This document shows, piece after piece, positions 1-13,800 of a stretch of 64,000 nt of DNA. Source of the stretch: Klebsormidium nitens (taxonomy: Eukaryota > Plantae > Klebsormidiophyceae); assembly GCA_000708835.1 (NCBI GenBank), contig DF237451.1, forward strand, positions 1 to 64,000, given 5' to 3'. The notes beneath the pieces are model-generated. The model made no database searches and was not told the DNA's origin. It was given only the letters and a program-made list of their open reading frames with translations. Position 1 is the stretch's first letter. Each line of letters opens with the position of its first letter. The translations under genes and the position numbers were made by a program.

Positions 1-1332
1 CTGCTGAGACTTGGATGCATGCCGCCAGTATCTGTACAGTATGTTCAAATCTGGTTGACTTGTTTTTTAATAAGCTCACCATGTTCGGCCGGTTCAATAT
101 AGAGCCGTATTGAATGCTCATGCATATGCACGTACTGCATGAGCATTGGATTGTTTGGTCACTGAATGTCGATTGTTCATACGTCCAACTTAAACAGGCT
201 GGCCGCGCCTAGCTCTTACTATAGAGTGGAGGCGGCGGGCCGCCTATTGTTAGCTTACAAGCTAGCGCTCGACATGCGGTGATAGCTACAATCATAACGC
301 GCGCAGTGAAGTCGGTCCGGCGCGCCTGGCCTGAACTTATCGATATCATATGACACCTTTTATATATAGCACCGATTCGTACAGCGGTGCAGTGCAGTAC
401 GTAGCTTTAAACACGGTATATATACGTTACGGCATGCGATCTTATATAATATAATTGAAGTAAACTAGCTGATCATTGAAGCGCGTTGAAGACGGTTACT
501 GAGCTAGAGCTGGATAAGTTTTTGTCGACAACTATACCAATATTAGCTGCAGTGCGCATGTATATATGCCACATGTCATTGAACCGCACGCCGGTACCGT
601 ACTGAGCTACCGTAGTTGCATGGAACTTACACCATGATCGCGCTCGCGAATGCAATGATCGATCGCTTACAAAACCTCGCGTTAGAAACATCCCATGTCT
701 GTATGCATGATTTGCACGTACTAAGTTGCAGTGTGTTGCCTGTAGTATTGCTTGTGTTCAATACGTAGTATTATGAAAAACGAGGCCGGTGCAGCTGTGT
801 AGCAACTTAGCTTCAGAGTCAATTCATTGTACCCCCGTCTCGATCATGCACGACCGGAGCAATGCCCAACATGGCTCAGAGTGGCCCGCCAGAGTTTATA
901 AGAACAAGTAACCATCGCTTAGCCTAGTAGAAGACAGACCGGCCATGGCATAATTACGGCCCCCGGTCGGACCGGCCATGCAGTTTATTCATGCATGTTG
1001 TACTGCGCGCGGCCGGGCTTTGTTGCCCCATATTTAACAGTACATTATCTGACCTTCCAACGAGTCCGCACGATCAGCTCACAATGAAATCCTTGACACT
1101 TACATCCAGCGTGAGCCACCATGCCATGTGTCACGTTGGCGTGAAAGGTAAAAACTGGCGATCGTTTGAAACGGTGCACGGAAATCAGTGCCAGGTCATG
1201 GCACTTTTCAGAGCGACTTCTCTACGAGTAGACAACTTCACAAGCAGGTCAAGATTTCTTGACGACGAGGAATCAAATTGCTTCACCTCTCCCCTCGATT
1301 CACACTCGTTGCCCCTGTGTACGTCCTTGCCA

Positions 1333-1824
1333 TCATGCACCTAGCAGCTTGGGCGTAATCTTCTCATTGATGAGCTTGTACACCATGAAGGGCCCCTTGG
1401 GTCCGAAAGCGTAGAACACGGCCCCGATGATTGCCTCCAGCACGTCCGCGCAGATGTCGTCACGCACAGTGCCGTACTCGTCCTTGACGCTCGGCGTGGC
1501 CTCGTTCAGGATCACATGCCCGTCCAGCGCGAGCGCCCGCAGGTAGAGCGCGTTCACGGCGTTGCGCGTGAGCGCGGCGCGCATCTCTGAGAGGAGGCCC
1601 TCGTGCGCCCGGGGGTGCAGCTCGAACAGCCGGCTGCTGATGACGGCGTTGAGCCAGGCGTCGCCCAGGAACTCGAGCCGCTCGTAGCTGGGCAGCCGCA
1701 CGCCCAGGTACGACTCGTGCAGGAACGCCAGCGTGAGGCACCGGTCCAGCATGCCGTCGCCCAGCTCCTGCCCCGCGGCCGCGCCCGCCTCCTGGCTCGC
1801 CGCGAAACCCAGCTTGGTGCGGAC
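1333..1824 (-). other. RNase III domain (last exon of the fusion gene)
   Basis: FLHESY...YERLEFLGDAWLNAVISSRLF...HEGLLSEMRAAL...CADVLEAIIGAVF. The signature E and D plus the downstream D..E acidic pair are all present. The ORF stops right after the domain, with no dsRBD. Confidence 0.93.
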
Positions 1825-4800
1825 CTGCGACGCACGGGGGGGACGGAGTGAGCCGAGAAGCAGGCGAGGCGTTGTGCGCCGCGACAATTTGACAGCAGTC
1901 TACTCTGAAATGGTGCCGAAACGCCTTGTAAATGGAGCACAACTGCAAGCGGGACCGATCATGAGGCCATCTCGATGTCAAAAACAGCGCACTGAATGCT
2001 ACACCGCAGCAACTGGGTTGGTGGGCTCGCTGCTCGTCGTGCGCGCAGCGGCTGCGGTGCGCTGACCTGCGGCAGGTGCTCTGCGGTCCACCAGCGCAGG
2101 CGGTCCAGGAATTCCTCCGGCAGGCTGACACGCGCGCTGCGCTCGGGCGGCGTGCTGTCGGCGCGGGTGAGGGCGGCACGCGCGTCCTTGCGCAGCTCGA
2201 CCGGCTTCTTGGGCACCGTCACCGGGCTGTACCCCAGCTGGTTGCAGATCTCGAGCGCCGTCTGGTCGCCGCCGCCCGCCTGCGCCGCAATGTACTCGCG
2301 CAGGCTGCCGTACTGCCGCGCCACGAACTGCCGCGCGTCGATCTGCAGCATCTCGCGGTCGTACTTGCTGCTTGGCCTGCACCACCAGCGCTGCGCATCA
2401 GCACATGCACGCTAGCACGATCGGGTGGCGCTCGTCATTGTCCAGCGGTTGTTAGCAGTATCAGGAGCAGCAGGCAGACGCTGCGGCACGCACACATCCT
2501 GTGAGCAGGGCTGTCCCACCCGGGCCCCCCTGTTTGGGACTACGGGACCCCGGCCCCGTTGCCGCTGGTACTGTCGCGTGGCCTCACCCCGCCTCGTCGT
2601 CCTGCAGCTGCTGCGCCCAGTCGTCCCGCAGGGCCCCGCTCTGCCGGTCCCGCAGCATGCCCCGCTGATTGCCTCCAAACTGTTCGCTCTGGCAGTCCCG
2701 CGCGATGTGGCCTCCCTCGCCGCACTTGAAGCACAGGCGGCCGCCCCCCAGCGGACAGTCGCGCGAGATGTGGCCCTCCTCCCCGCACTTGAAGCACGTC
2801 CGGCTGCCGCTGCGCACCACGAGGGAACGACAAAAGGTTCAGCTATGCCCGACTGGAGAAGAGGGGGACGCCGTTTAAGAGAGCCCTAAAAAGTTGTGGC
2901 CAGGGAAAGCATGCGCTTGTCCTCGCCCAACACCTTACCGCGGCCGCCTATTGGGCCCTCTGTCGAAGTATAATGTCAGCATCGTGCGAAGCGCCTATTC
3001 CTCCTCTGCACGAGCAGAGACCGTCACGCTTTGAAGCGGGTCCCCTCCTGGGTACCCCCCTATTCGCTTACCTGGTCCGCCCCGATGCGCTGGGCGCGTA
3101 GCCCTCCTCCGGCAGCGGCCCCTCCGACATGGCCGAGTCGCCCTCCCACGCCTTGCCCGCCTGCCCGTTCATGCCTGCCCACGCCACACGGCGCGTCAGG
3201 GAACGTCCGCTCAGAGCAGCGGCCCCGCATCAAATCCAGACGCGTGAGCATTGAGGTCTGGTGGTGCACCAAAGCGGAGAGACGACCTCAATCAGCACAG
3301 GTCAGCTTAGAGCAGTAGGCATATCGATCGGGGGGTCACCTTGTGGTTCGCCCCAGCCATTGATGGTGTCGTCCTCGTCCTCGCTCATGAGATCGTCCAC
3401 GGTGAAGGCTCCCGACAAGATCCACGCCTCGTCCACCGCGTTGATGCGCACATTCTTCTTCAGCAGCAGCTCGCGCGTCAAGTAGTCCTTGTTGTACAGC
3501 CCCTGCCACGCCCCGCACGCACCGCGTCAGGCAGGAATGCAGAGAACGGAGGAGCGAAAGAAGCGAGAGAAAACAGAGGATCTTCAAGGCTGCGCAGAGG
3601 AAATTGATCTATGTCGAGATCCGCTCAGTGTGCAGTCGTAATCTTGAAATGTGACAAGCGAGGCCAGAGACTGCCCAGTTTCGGTCCGGCGGTGTATATC
3701 ATCCCAGGCAACGCGCCCAGCCCCAGTTGTTCGGTGCGGGTGCTCCGTGCGCCGCACCTGCATGGCGAAGGGGAGCAGGAAGTCCTCGAGGCGCGCCACC
3801 ACCTCCGCGCGGTTGCCCAGCCGCTCGTCGATCACAGCGCGCGCCACGGCCTTCACGATATCCACCGCCGTCTCCAGCTCGCCCGACCCACGCTGTGCGC
3901 GGCGGCCGCCCTTGAGGGGGTCGTCCGCCTCGAGCGCGCGGAAGAGCGTCTTCTGCTCCTTGGCCCAGTGGCAGCGCCGGCTGCCCTCCACCTGCGCGAC
4001 CACGTCGCCCGCAGCGTTGCGCAGGCGGTACGTCACCTCCAGCTTCTCCACCGCCACCTCCGCGGCCTCCACCAGCGGCAGCAGGCACGCGTGGCGCACG
4101 TCCGCCGCCTGGAACTCGGGGCCCGCGCCGTGCGCCTGGGACGAGAGGAAGCCCATGACGGCCAGCATCAGGCTGCGCCCGATGACGGGCTTGATGGCCT
4201 CCATGGGCGACGCGGCCTGCCCGCGCGGGATGGGCAGCTTCACGGTGCGCCCGGACGGCGTGACGATGAGCGTGCTGGCGGTGGTGAAGAAGCCGGCGCC
4301 CATCTCGTGGTAGATGGCGAACAGGCTCGGCAGCGCTGGGCCGCTCACCGCGCCGGGCTGCCACGCCACGGGGAGCCCGGGGTGCGCCTCCGAGAACAGC
4401 TGGCGGCAGGACGAAGCGAGGAGCGGTCAGTATGATACTCGTAAAGACCCATGCATCCTTGCAGATAACACCGTAGCGTTTCAGTGCTCCTCGAGAGGGC
4501 AACGAGGCAGAGTTTGCGGCGCCGTCCCTGTTGCTGACTTGGTCGGGGCGGCGCACCTTCTCAAGGTTGAGGTCGTCGGGGATGAAGGCCTCGACGCCGG
4601 GCTTGAGGCGCACGAAGTCGAGCTTGGGCTGCTTGGCGGGCTTCTTGGGCGACGGCGGCATGCCGTCCTGCCACCCCGACTCGGGCGCACTCTCGTCCGC
4701 GTCATCGGACGGCGTGCGCGCCGTCACGGGCACCAGACCCGACCGCTTGAAGTCCTCCCACTCTTCCTGCAGTCTGCACCGCAAGCAGGCCGCGGTCAGC

Positions 4801-7800
4801 GGCAGCGACAAGGGGAAGGGGGGCCCGGTGTGGAGAGGGTACAGCAACAGGAATACCCAATTGGCAGCACGTCCCAAGTGCAGTCTTCCCTACAAATCTG
4901 CTGTGTAAGAGTTCAGCTTCGCTGACGACATTACTTCTCTTTCAAGCAGGACAAGAACGTTCCCGCGCCCCGATGCGCCCTCACTTGACGTCGCGGTAGT
5001 CGGCTGCCAGCTTGGTCCAGACGCTCTCGGCCAGCTCCAGGTCGGCGCACAGCCCATCCACACCGCGATCGCGCCCCAGCACCGTCCCGCCCGCACAGGC
5101 CGCCAGCCACGCCCGCATGTAGCTGCACGCAACCAAGTCTAAGGGCTTAAGGCCGCCCTAGCACCAAATATGAACGAAAGCAATCACAGGAACCGGGCAG
5201 CTGAGCAAAGTGTTTGCTGCATGTTCGTAAGCCTAAAACTCATCCTGAGCGCAGGGTTCACGCAAAAGGAGACAGAAACAAGTTCTCTCACGGCTTCAAT
5301 TCTGGCAACAATTACAGCAGAGAAAGGAAGGCAGCAGATCACTATGCGACTTAGTGCCAGCTCAGCTGCCATTGCCGGTCAGAGCTCCTGCCGCATGCCA
5401 ATTGCGCTGCGCCATGCCAATTAAGTTGTGGCGCAGCCGCTCCGCATGTGCGCTCACCAGCTGACGGGGGGAGTGGGCAGGACGCCCATCTTCTCGAAGA
5501 AGTCCTGGAAGGGGCGGCGGTACACGTCGCTGAGGCACGCGAACTGGCCCGCAAACAGGCGCTCCACGCCCTCCCACACGCACGCCTCTACCGGCCGCCA
5601 CTGCGCCTCCGCCCGCCCGCCCGCGCCCGCCGGCAGCCACACCGGCAGAGGGCCGCCCTCGTCGCCCCTGTCAAAATCGACGAAAGGCTTTCAGTCTAGT
5701 ACGTGCACGTGGACTGGGGCGAATGTCTTAAAAGACCTGGCCAACGATGATAAGTGGGCTTCAGAGTTCCATCCACGAAAAAAACGAACAGAAGTATCAA
5801 TGGCCCGCCGCCTTTGACGCAAAAAAGTGGCTTGAGAAGGGTCAAGGTCCGGTGTTCGTGATCAAGAGCTATGCCCGGACCCGGGTAAGCCAGCTCGCTC
5901 ATGCCAGGCGTACCAGTACAGCCAGCCGTTGGGGAGGCGGCATACCTGCGGATGGGCGGGGTCCAGCTGTTTGCGGCCAGGTAGCCGTACAGCTTCTGAG
6001 CACTCGTCAAGTCGACGGCTGAGGCGGGGCCACGTGCCAAGGTGCGGATGTGCGCCGCCACGTCGTCAGGAGTCACCTCGACCCGCACCTGGGGCAGCGA
6101 GCGGTGACAATGACGTTAGGAGGCAGTTGCAAGGAAGGACTCGGCTAGACTGGCAAAACTTGCGCGCAAGCAAGCAGCAGAGGCCCCCAGCATTGTACAG
6201 AAAACAAGCTGCAACGAGCAGAGGCAACGCCAGTACCGTACCCATCTCGCGCGGTTTTGGCAACAGGCTGGCGCGCGCTTACCCCGAGCCACTTGAGCGC
6301 GTCGATGTCCCCCGGGGTGGCCACACCTTCCACAACAAACGGCAGCGAGTCGCCCAGCAACCGCACCACTGCATCGCTCCGCATGAACGTCTGCGCACAG
6401 ACCGCAAAGAGGAGTTACAATTGGTTGCTTCCCGGTTCGAATCTCTTCTACCTCGAAAGCTTCCGTTTTGAAAACTCGATCGCATTATGGTGGGGACAGA
6501 GAGGAAGCTCAGCACGAACGCGGCGCGCTGTGAATCGAAGCCAAAACTTGCATGTTCAAAGTTAAGACTGAGCAGCCTTTCTGTCACGGTCAGCTAGCGA
6601 GGCCCCTTGTTGCCCCCTGCAGCGCGCATACCTCTGCCGGCCTGCGCCCCCCCAGCGAGGTCGGCATCCAGGGCGCCTCCTTGCACAGCGCCGCAAACGT
6701 GGAGGGCTTGCCATCGCGGCCGCGTGCCCACGTGGCCTCCCGGCCGTCCTTGCTTGCCACCAGCACGGCCAGCCACTTGACCAGCGCGCGGGCGGCAGCC
6801 ACGGGCAGGCCTGCCAACAACACACGGGGTCAGCGGCACGCAGTGCAGGCACCGAAGTGCTGGCAGCCCTCGAAGCGTTTACTGAAAGTTCCACTTGAAG
6901 AGTGCTGGACGCCCACTTGGACTTGAGGCACTGGATTTCGTCTATAACAAGAGAGCTGTTCCTTCTTTATCTCGCCCGCATGGCATCGACATAAGGCAAC
7001 CACTGCTTTCCAGTCCTGCGCTTGTCATCTCTTTTTCTGGCCGTGTTCTCTCTGCGGCCCTCACCCTTGCGCGTGGCCCTGGCCTTGTCGAGGCAGGCGA
7101 GGCCCGTGCCGGCGGGGGGCTGGATGTGCGCGAGGTCGACGGCGGCCAGGTGGGTGCGCAGGAACGCGATGCGCGGGGCGCGCTGCTCCGGGTTGCTGCC
7201 CAGGTACGCGGGATGCAGCTTCACACACCGCTCCGCCCACGCCTTGTCACCGTCCAGCAGCGCGGGCCAGTCCGCCACGTCCCTGCACGGAACAACGGTC
7301 AGGGGCCGTGACGCCATGCAACGCAAGAGGATCACAGGACGAGGCAGCCTCGCTAGATCCAAGGGCTGTCATGCTGTGGCGCCTGACGCCCAAAAGATTT
7401 CCAACCCAACTCAAAAGACGACTAATGTGAGATAATCGAGATCTGCTAGGGGCCTTTCACAACAGCTCCGTCGTGAACTTCGACAGAAGGAGCGCACGCT
7501 TGGCCCCGCCTTTGGGTGTGCTGGCGCGCCGTACCTGGGCAGCAGGAGCATCTTGCTGCCCACCGCGGCTGCGCCCTTCTCTGCACCAGGCGCCGCCCAC
7601 CGCAGGAGCACGGCGCCCGTCTCGGCCACCACTGCACACGTGCACCCACCGACGGAGACTCAGTGGCCAGACCAGAAGGTTTTTGTTCTTTATGTCTGCA
7701 AGAGGAGAAGAAATGCGGACGAGATCTTGCCACAAGTGAAATGCAGAACGAACTCTCTACAATAACGTATGGTCGGTCCAGGTGGCAGTGGGGTGCGTGT

Positions 7801-10800
7801 TCTCACACGGCAGGTCCGCAAGAGCGAGGTTGGCGAGGTCCGTGTCGGCGTGGGCGGCGTGCGCGGCCACGAAGAAGTCGGTGGCGGCCAGCAGCGGCGC
7901 CGCGTCGCGCAGGGTCTTGGCCACCTGCAGCACCTGCTCCGCATACGAGGCCACCGACAGGTCCTTCACCTGCGCCAGAACAAGGGCGGGCAAACACGGT
8001 AAGGCCGGACAGTTGAGGGCCTTGCGCAGCAGGGAGAGGAGCAGGGCTGCGCGAGCAGCTCAGCAGAGCAGCCGGTTCGAACATGTCTGTTTCAATGTTA
8101 ATCTGCATACAAGTCGGCCCTCAAATAGAGGAGCATAAAAAACGCCTCCAGGCTCGTCGAGAGGAGATTGAACCGGGTCCGAATGCCCTAAGACGCCATT
8201 AGGTGAACACAGTACTCCTGTCGCAACAAAGCTTTCGTGGGACCATCAGAGTTGAGAGTGCTCGACAATCATGCCCAGCGCACGGAGGCTAACGGAGCGA
8301 AAGGAGCATGCCACCCAATTGGCGTCGTGCTGTCGGGGCGGCCCACCTGGAGGATCTTGCGCAGCCACTCCACGAGCTCCACGGCGCGCGGGGATGCGGA
8401 GAGAGCGGCGTAGAAGGAGGGGGCTAACAGCCGCACGGGCGCCAGCGGCTGCAGGCGGGCCACCTCCTGGAGCAGCCACGCGTCCTGCACACAGCGGGCA
8501 GGCAGCAAGGTTAGGGCGGCTCCAACGCCGGCGATGCCTTAAGACAAGGGGCGCCTTCCCGCTCGAGCGTAGCATCCGGCCGCTGCTGCCCATGTCGCCT
8601 CGCTCAGGCTCCTTGTACCACGTGAACGAGGTGACCGCAAACGAGAAGCGGCTGCTCCAGCCTGGCCGCCAGGCGGGGCGAGCCAGCAGTATAGTGCGCA
8701 CCTGGGTGGCCTTGGGCGGCAGGTAGATGGGCTTCTGGAGGGTGGAGCGGCCGTGGTGCACGGCGCCGGTGGCCGGGTCCACGAAGCGTAGCGCGTCCGC
8801 CTTGGCGAGCGGCACCAGGTCGGGCGCGGGGAAGGCGGCGTCCAGCAGCAGCAGCAGCAGAGCCACGTACGCCTCGTCGCCCAACGACGACAGAAAGCTG
8901 CACGAACAGAGGCACGCAGGCACGCTCACAAGCTTGCAGAGCAGACCGGACATTGTTTTCATCCAAGCAGTCGTTCTGATGCTGATCAAGTGTGCCATGC
9001 TTGAGAGGAAGAACGAAGAGGAGCGAGGAAACCCGCAACTCTTATGTGAAGAGGGAATTGCCAAAGCCAGGGTGAAGCAGGGAAAGTAGCTAATGGACTC
9101 GAACAAGCAGCTAGCCCCCTGTGCCCGTGCCGCAGCTCACCCCGGGTCTGCAAAGATGGCGGTGTACTCCGCAGCCGAGGCCTTCTTGACGCCCAGGGCA
9201 GCCAGCTGCGCAGGGAAGCGTGCGGCGGCATCGGGGTGCACCAGGCCCAGCCGGTCCGCAGCAGGGGGCCCGGTTTGGAGGAGCGCTGCAGGAGACGAGA
9301 GCAGGAATGGCATGAGCTTCGCTTCTGATGCCAATACCTGGTGGGCCCCCAATCAAGGATGGGGCCGTAAGCTCCAGCGGCCGACCTTTCCGGCCTTCTT
9401 AACTGTAAGCTTGCGTTGACATGATACAAATGCCTTTTGAACCTCTGACGTCTATCTCTGTCTGACGCTTTTCCTGTCCTCCTTCCAACTCCCTGCAGAG
9501 CCAGGCTGGTGGCCCACCGGGAAGGGTGGCCCCGCCGCGCACTGCAGTGTCGAGCAAAGAGAGGAAGCCGGGGTGGACGATGCGCGCGCGCGCCGGCTCG
9601 CAGAAGGTGACGGGGGCTGGCGAGGCGGCAATGGGCGCGAGGGGCACGACGGGCTTGGTGGCCAGCTCGGCGACCATTTGCTGGCGCAGCGGCTCCAGCT
9701 TGGGCGTCGCGGTGCGCATGGGCAGGAAGCGCAGCACCTCGTACGACGGGGCAGCCCCGCCGCCAAACACAGGGAGGGGCGCCGACACGTTCTGCACGCA
9801 ACGAGAGGGGAATTGACAAGCGGATACGAGAGACTCTGCACGGATACATCACCGGCGACTACAGCCCTACCTGCATTGGTAAATGAACCGTAATAGTCTC
9901 GGACGCGAGTCATGCAAGCGCCCTCAGAGTGGGGTGCCATTGCCCCATCACAGGCAAGACGCTGTTGGCAGGGACGGGCGCTACAGTTGAGCCAGAACCT
10001 GGATTGCTTGCAAAGCTACGAAGCAGAACCACGATGACTTGGGAGATATGGGCTCTTCTTTCTGTCCAGCTATTACAAACAGCCGTGGAAGCAGGAGTAA
10101 CGGCCGGCTGGTGCTGCGCACAGCTTGGACGCTGGTGCTCCGCCGCGTACCTGGATCTCGAGGTAGCCCTCGACAAAGGCCGCGCGGGCGCATCCCAGCA
10201 GGCCTTGGTTCCAGGGGGTACCGAACGCGATGCTCTCTCTCGAAGCGGTCAGCAGGAAGTCAGCGTTGATCAGGAATGGCCACCCGCTGTGCACCTGCAC
10301 GCACGCACGGGAACCAGCGTAAGAACCGAACCGTGGACACGGCCTGAGAACAGAGATTGAGATCCGATAAACGCCCTCTGGGGGTGAACAATTCGAGCAA
10401 TCGCAGCTTCTTCTTCCTCGATGAGTGCAGATATGAAGTCTACCGTATGTATACTAAGCAGGACAATTTGAGCTACCTCGCCTCGTGCACAAAACACGAG
10501 GGCGCAGCCATCCAGCCGTCAAGCTGGCCGCGTGGCTGACCTCTGTCGGGAGGAAGGCATAGACGTCGGCGCGGTCAGCGGGGGGGTTGTCGTCGAGCGG
10601 GAAGGCGACGGTGACGCGCCAGACGTCGACGCCGACGCGCTTCTCCTCCTTGACGCCGGGGGGGACCATCCACGCGCCCTCGCGCAGCAGGTACGTCGTG
10701 GGGCGGGCGTGCGGCGTCTGCAGCTCAAAGACGGGCAGGGCGGGGTACGGCGCGCGGTGCTTGGCCACGCCGATGCTGTACGAGGGGGGGGCCGGGCATC

Positions 10801-13800
10801 GTAAACGTGCAGGCAGAACCAAAGAAAGCAGGGCGCATCCAGATACCGACTGCCGCTGTCAGTTCAGACTCCTTTCTGCAGTACCCAATGACAAATACAG
10901 CAAAGCGGAGAGCGAGCTCGACATGCCTCCGGTTCAGCTAATGGAGACATAACGATGGACACTCGCGCTTTCCTTTCTTCTTTGAAACACCGGATATTCT
11001 TAGAAGCTGGGGAACAGATTGTCCAAGTAGCACCGCACTAATCGTGTGCCAGGATGCAGTGTGGGTCTTCCGGTAGCATGCAGTGGTCAAAAGGGGGGCG
11101 CGTGCGTGCGGTGCGCTCACGTCTTGTTGTGGACCTTGTCGAGGATGACGAGGCTGCGCAGCTTGCGCAAAAACAGGATCGTCTCGGGCGCCAGCTCCGC
11201 GAGCTGCCGCTGCACGTCGGCGGCCTTGGCGGACTTGAGCGGCAGCAGGATGGCCGTGCGCGTGCCCGCAGGCGCACCCAGCTCCTGCAGCTGCGTCGCT
11301 CTCGGATGCTCTGCGGGGAGCCACGTGGGCACGATGTACCCGAGCTTCGCCGCGGGGTCCACGTCCTCGTCGAAGCTGGCACGCGGAAACACGGGGCAGC
11401 GGTCAGCGCGCGTGCACAGGCCGCGACAGAGCAGGCTTCAACTGACGGCCATCGCTGGTAGGCAAAAGGAAGCTGTCGTGACGCACTTGGCAGACCTCTC
11501 GTAATGTATTAGAAAGTCGAGAAACTAAGCTTGGTATTCCACCTAACGAACAAAAATGGTCCGTTCTGTTATCTCAGAACCCAGATAGGCGCTGGGATCA
11601 GGAAGGACAAAGATACCTCGTAAGAAACAGGGATGGCATCGAAAGCAAAGTGGGCACTGGACGTGCCAAACTCCCGGATACTATCCCAGCAGACACTCGA
11701 GATGCTGTGTACTTTGGAAGCGAAGTGGGCGATGAGCGATGAAACATTCTGGAGCACATGAACGATCAAAGCGTTGGGAATGTAACCGGAAAATGAGGTA
11801 GGGACGAAGGACAGATAAGGTTGAGGATCTGAGGATGTTAGGAAAGTAACATGTTCGACAGACTTTTGCTGACTTCAAACCATTGCAGACCACGTGTTGT
11901 CGAGGTAGGAAGGGGAACGAAGACGACTACCTATGCTAAATGATAGACTCCATCACGCACGCCAAGAGACCGTCTCGAACACAAGAAGAAAAGCCGTTAA
12001 AGTCGACTGTGTGCAGCCTGCCTAACCTAGATGCTTTGCCGAATGATCGTAAGCTGGGGTCCATAAGGGGCCGCGCTGACGTTCCTTTTGGGGCTCAAGG
12101 TTTTGAAACAGTTCTGGCACGCCACTTTACGAAGTTGTGTCTCACCAGAATCGATAGCCGTTGCTGATGACGCAGGGGGTCTTCGATACCACAAAGACGG
12201 ACTTGAACCCTGTACCAGGAGAGAGGGCGTCTTCAGAAATCAACCACGAGCAGCCATGCACGAGGTTCAACCGGGCGTATGAATTGGACTTTTGAGCCGT
12301 TGCAGCGCCTTTGCAAATCGACAGAGTTACTTCGCATACCTCGTTCTCTAAATTGAGCGAAGCTGTGCATCATATAGGCAAGCTCAGCCAGCGTGAGTCG
12401 AGTGCCCTTACCAATGCCCTTTTCCCCAATGTACCCAAAGCTCTTGTCCTTCTTGGTCGACATCCCTGCAACCCGCAAATGGCAGCCGTTAACACGACTC
12501 TTAAGTTATGTAAAAGGTCGGGGCCAGACAACAGGAGGAAGTGCATCGCATGTGGCAGCCACCGCCTCTGGCAGTCCGGAGGACGCACACGAATTCGCGA
12601 GCCAAGAGGACGACCGGCAGACAGCGCCTGCACAAACAGTCTGGGCACGTATCCTCATAGCCAAGAATATGCCGTGCACTCGACAAGATTCCTCGGAGGC
12701 TTGATATCCGTAGGACCTGCAGCACCACGTCTCGCACGTCTCAATCACTCAGAAGTCGTAACATGAGCTCGACCTATGTGAACACTGGGATCCTGTTTGA
12801 ATCTGTTTGGACGCCATCTACGTAGCGGGCACTTTCGACCTGCCGGCCCAGACCCTGATAGACAAAACGTCCCGGAAGCTTCCACCACTCACCCACGCTG
12901 CAGAGCGCGTCCACGTTCTCCTCCCTGAAGCCGACCTCGTTGTTGAACAGCCCCAGCGTCATGGGCGCCCCTTCTGCCGGGCTGCCCGCCGCTGTGGGGT
13001 CACCCGGCGCCAGCGAGAAGAGCAGCTGCGGCTCCTGGCCCTCGGGGTACGAGTTGTCCTCCGCGTTCTGAATCAGCTCCAGAATGAAGTGCCTGCCAAC
13101 AACAGCGAGGAATCATCCGACTGTCTCGAAACGAAAGTGCCCAGTCGGGAAAAGTCTTTGCAAGATGCCCACTTTCTGAGGAGTGAACCATGATTCGCAA
13201 GGAAGGCTTCTCTCAGCGGTGCTTTCATCCTTTTTGACAGCTCAGACGAAAAGAAAACAGAAGCAAGAGCTATCCAGCGCAGCGAACAGGCTGAAGTCCG
13301 GCTGCCAATGATTGTCCGTGCTTGCGACCAAGGCCCTGCTTGCGCTGTGCCGCTTACGTCTCCTTCTGGTATAACCCCTGCGCCAGCAACGCCACCGCCT
13401 GGTGCATGTCGCCCGCGAGGGGGTTCGTGGCCAGGTCATCGCCGCCCAACCCAAACTTGTCCCGCCTGCGCAAAAGTCACAACCATGCCTGTCAGCAGGG
13501 ACACAGAAAGCACAGTTACCTCCCCGAGGGTCTTGAGACAAGTATGGGCTGACGATACAGAACAGGCCTTTGATGCATGGTTTCCTGGTTCATCAGGAGA
13601 TTTGGGCAAGTCCCCTTGCAATTGGGCACCAGCTTGGGCGATTCAGTAGACCCGAGCGAGCCGCCCAAGACTCCCAGCGATAGGCACTCTTCATTTCCAG
13701 AAAGCACGGAAAGGTTTGCGGGCAGAAGACAATAGCAGTCTGTCGAAGAAAAGTACATGTTGTAAGCAAGGGAGAACGGCTGCTAACGTGGACGAATATC

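Noticed and set aside
1333-2820. Treating the RNase III and zinc-knuckle ORFs as separate small genes or as a retrotransposon gag remnant
   Set aside because: They have no own start or promoter context, each begins at an in-phase AG acceptor linked to upstream exons, and there are no protease, RT, integrase or LTR sequences.
8136-8215. tRNA/SINE-like B-box (GACCCGGTTCAATCTCC plus T-run) on the minus strand; similar GGTTCGAATC at ~6434
   Set aside because: No acceptor stem, anticodon arm or proper A-box spacing could be folded.
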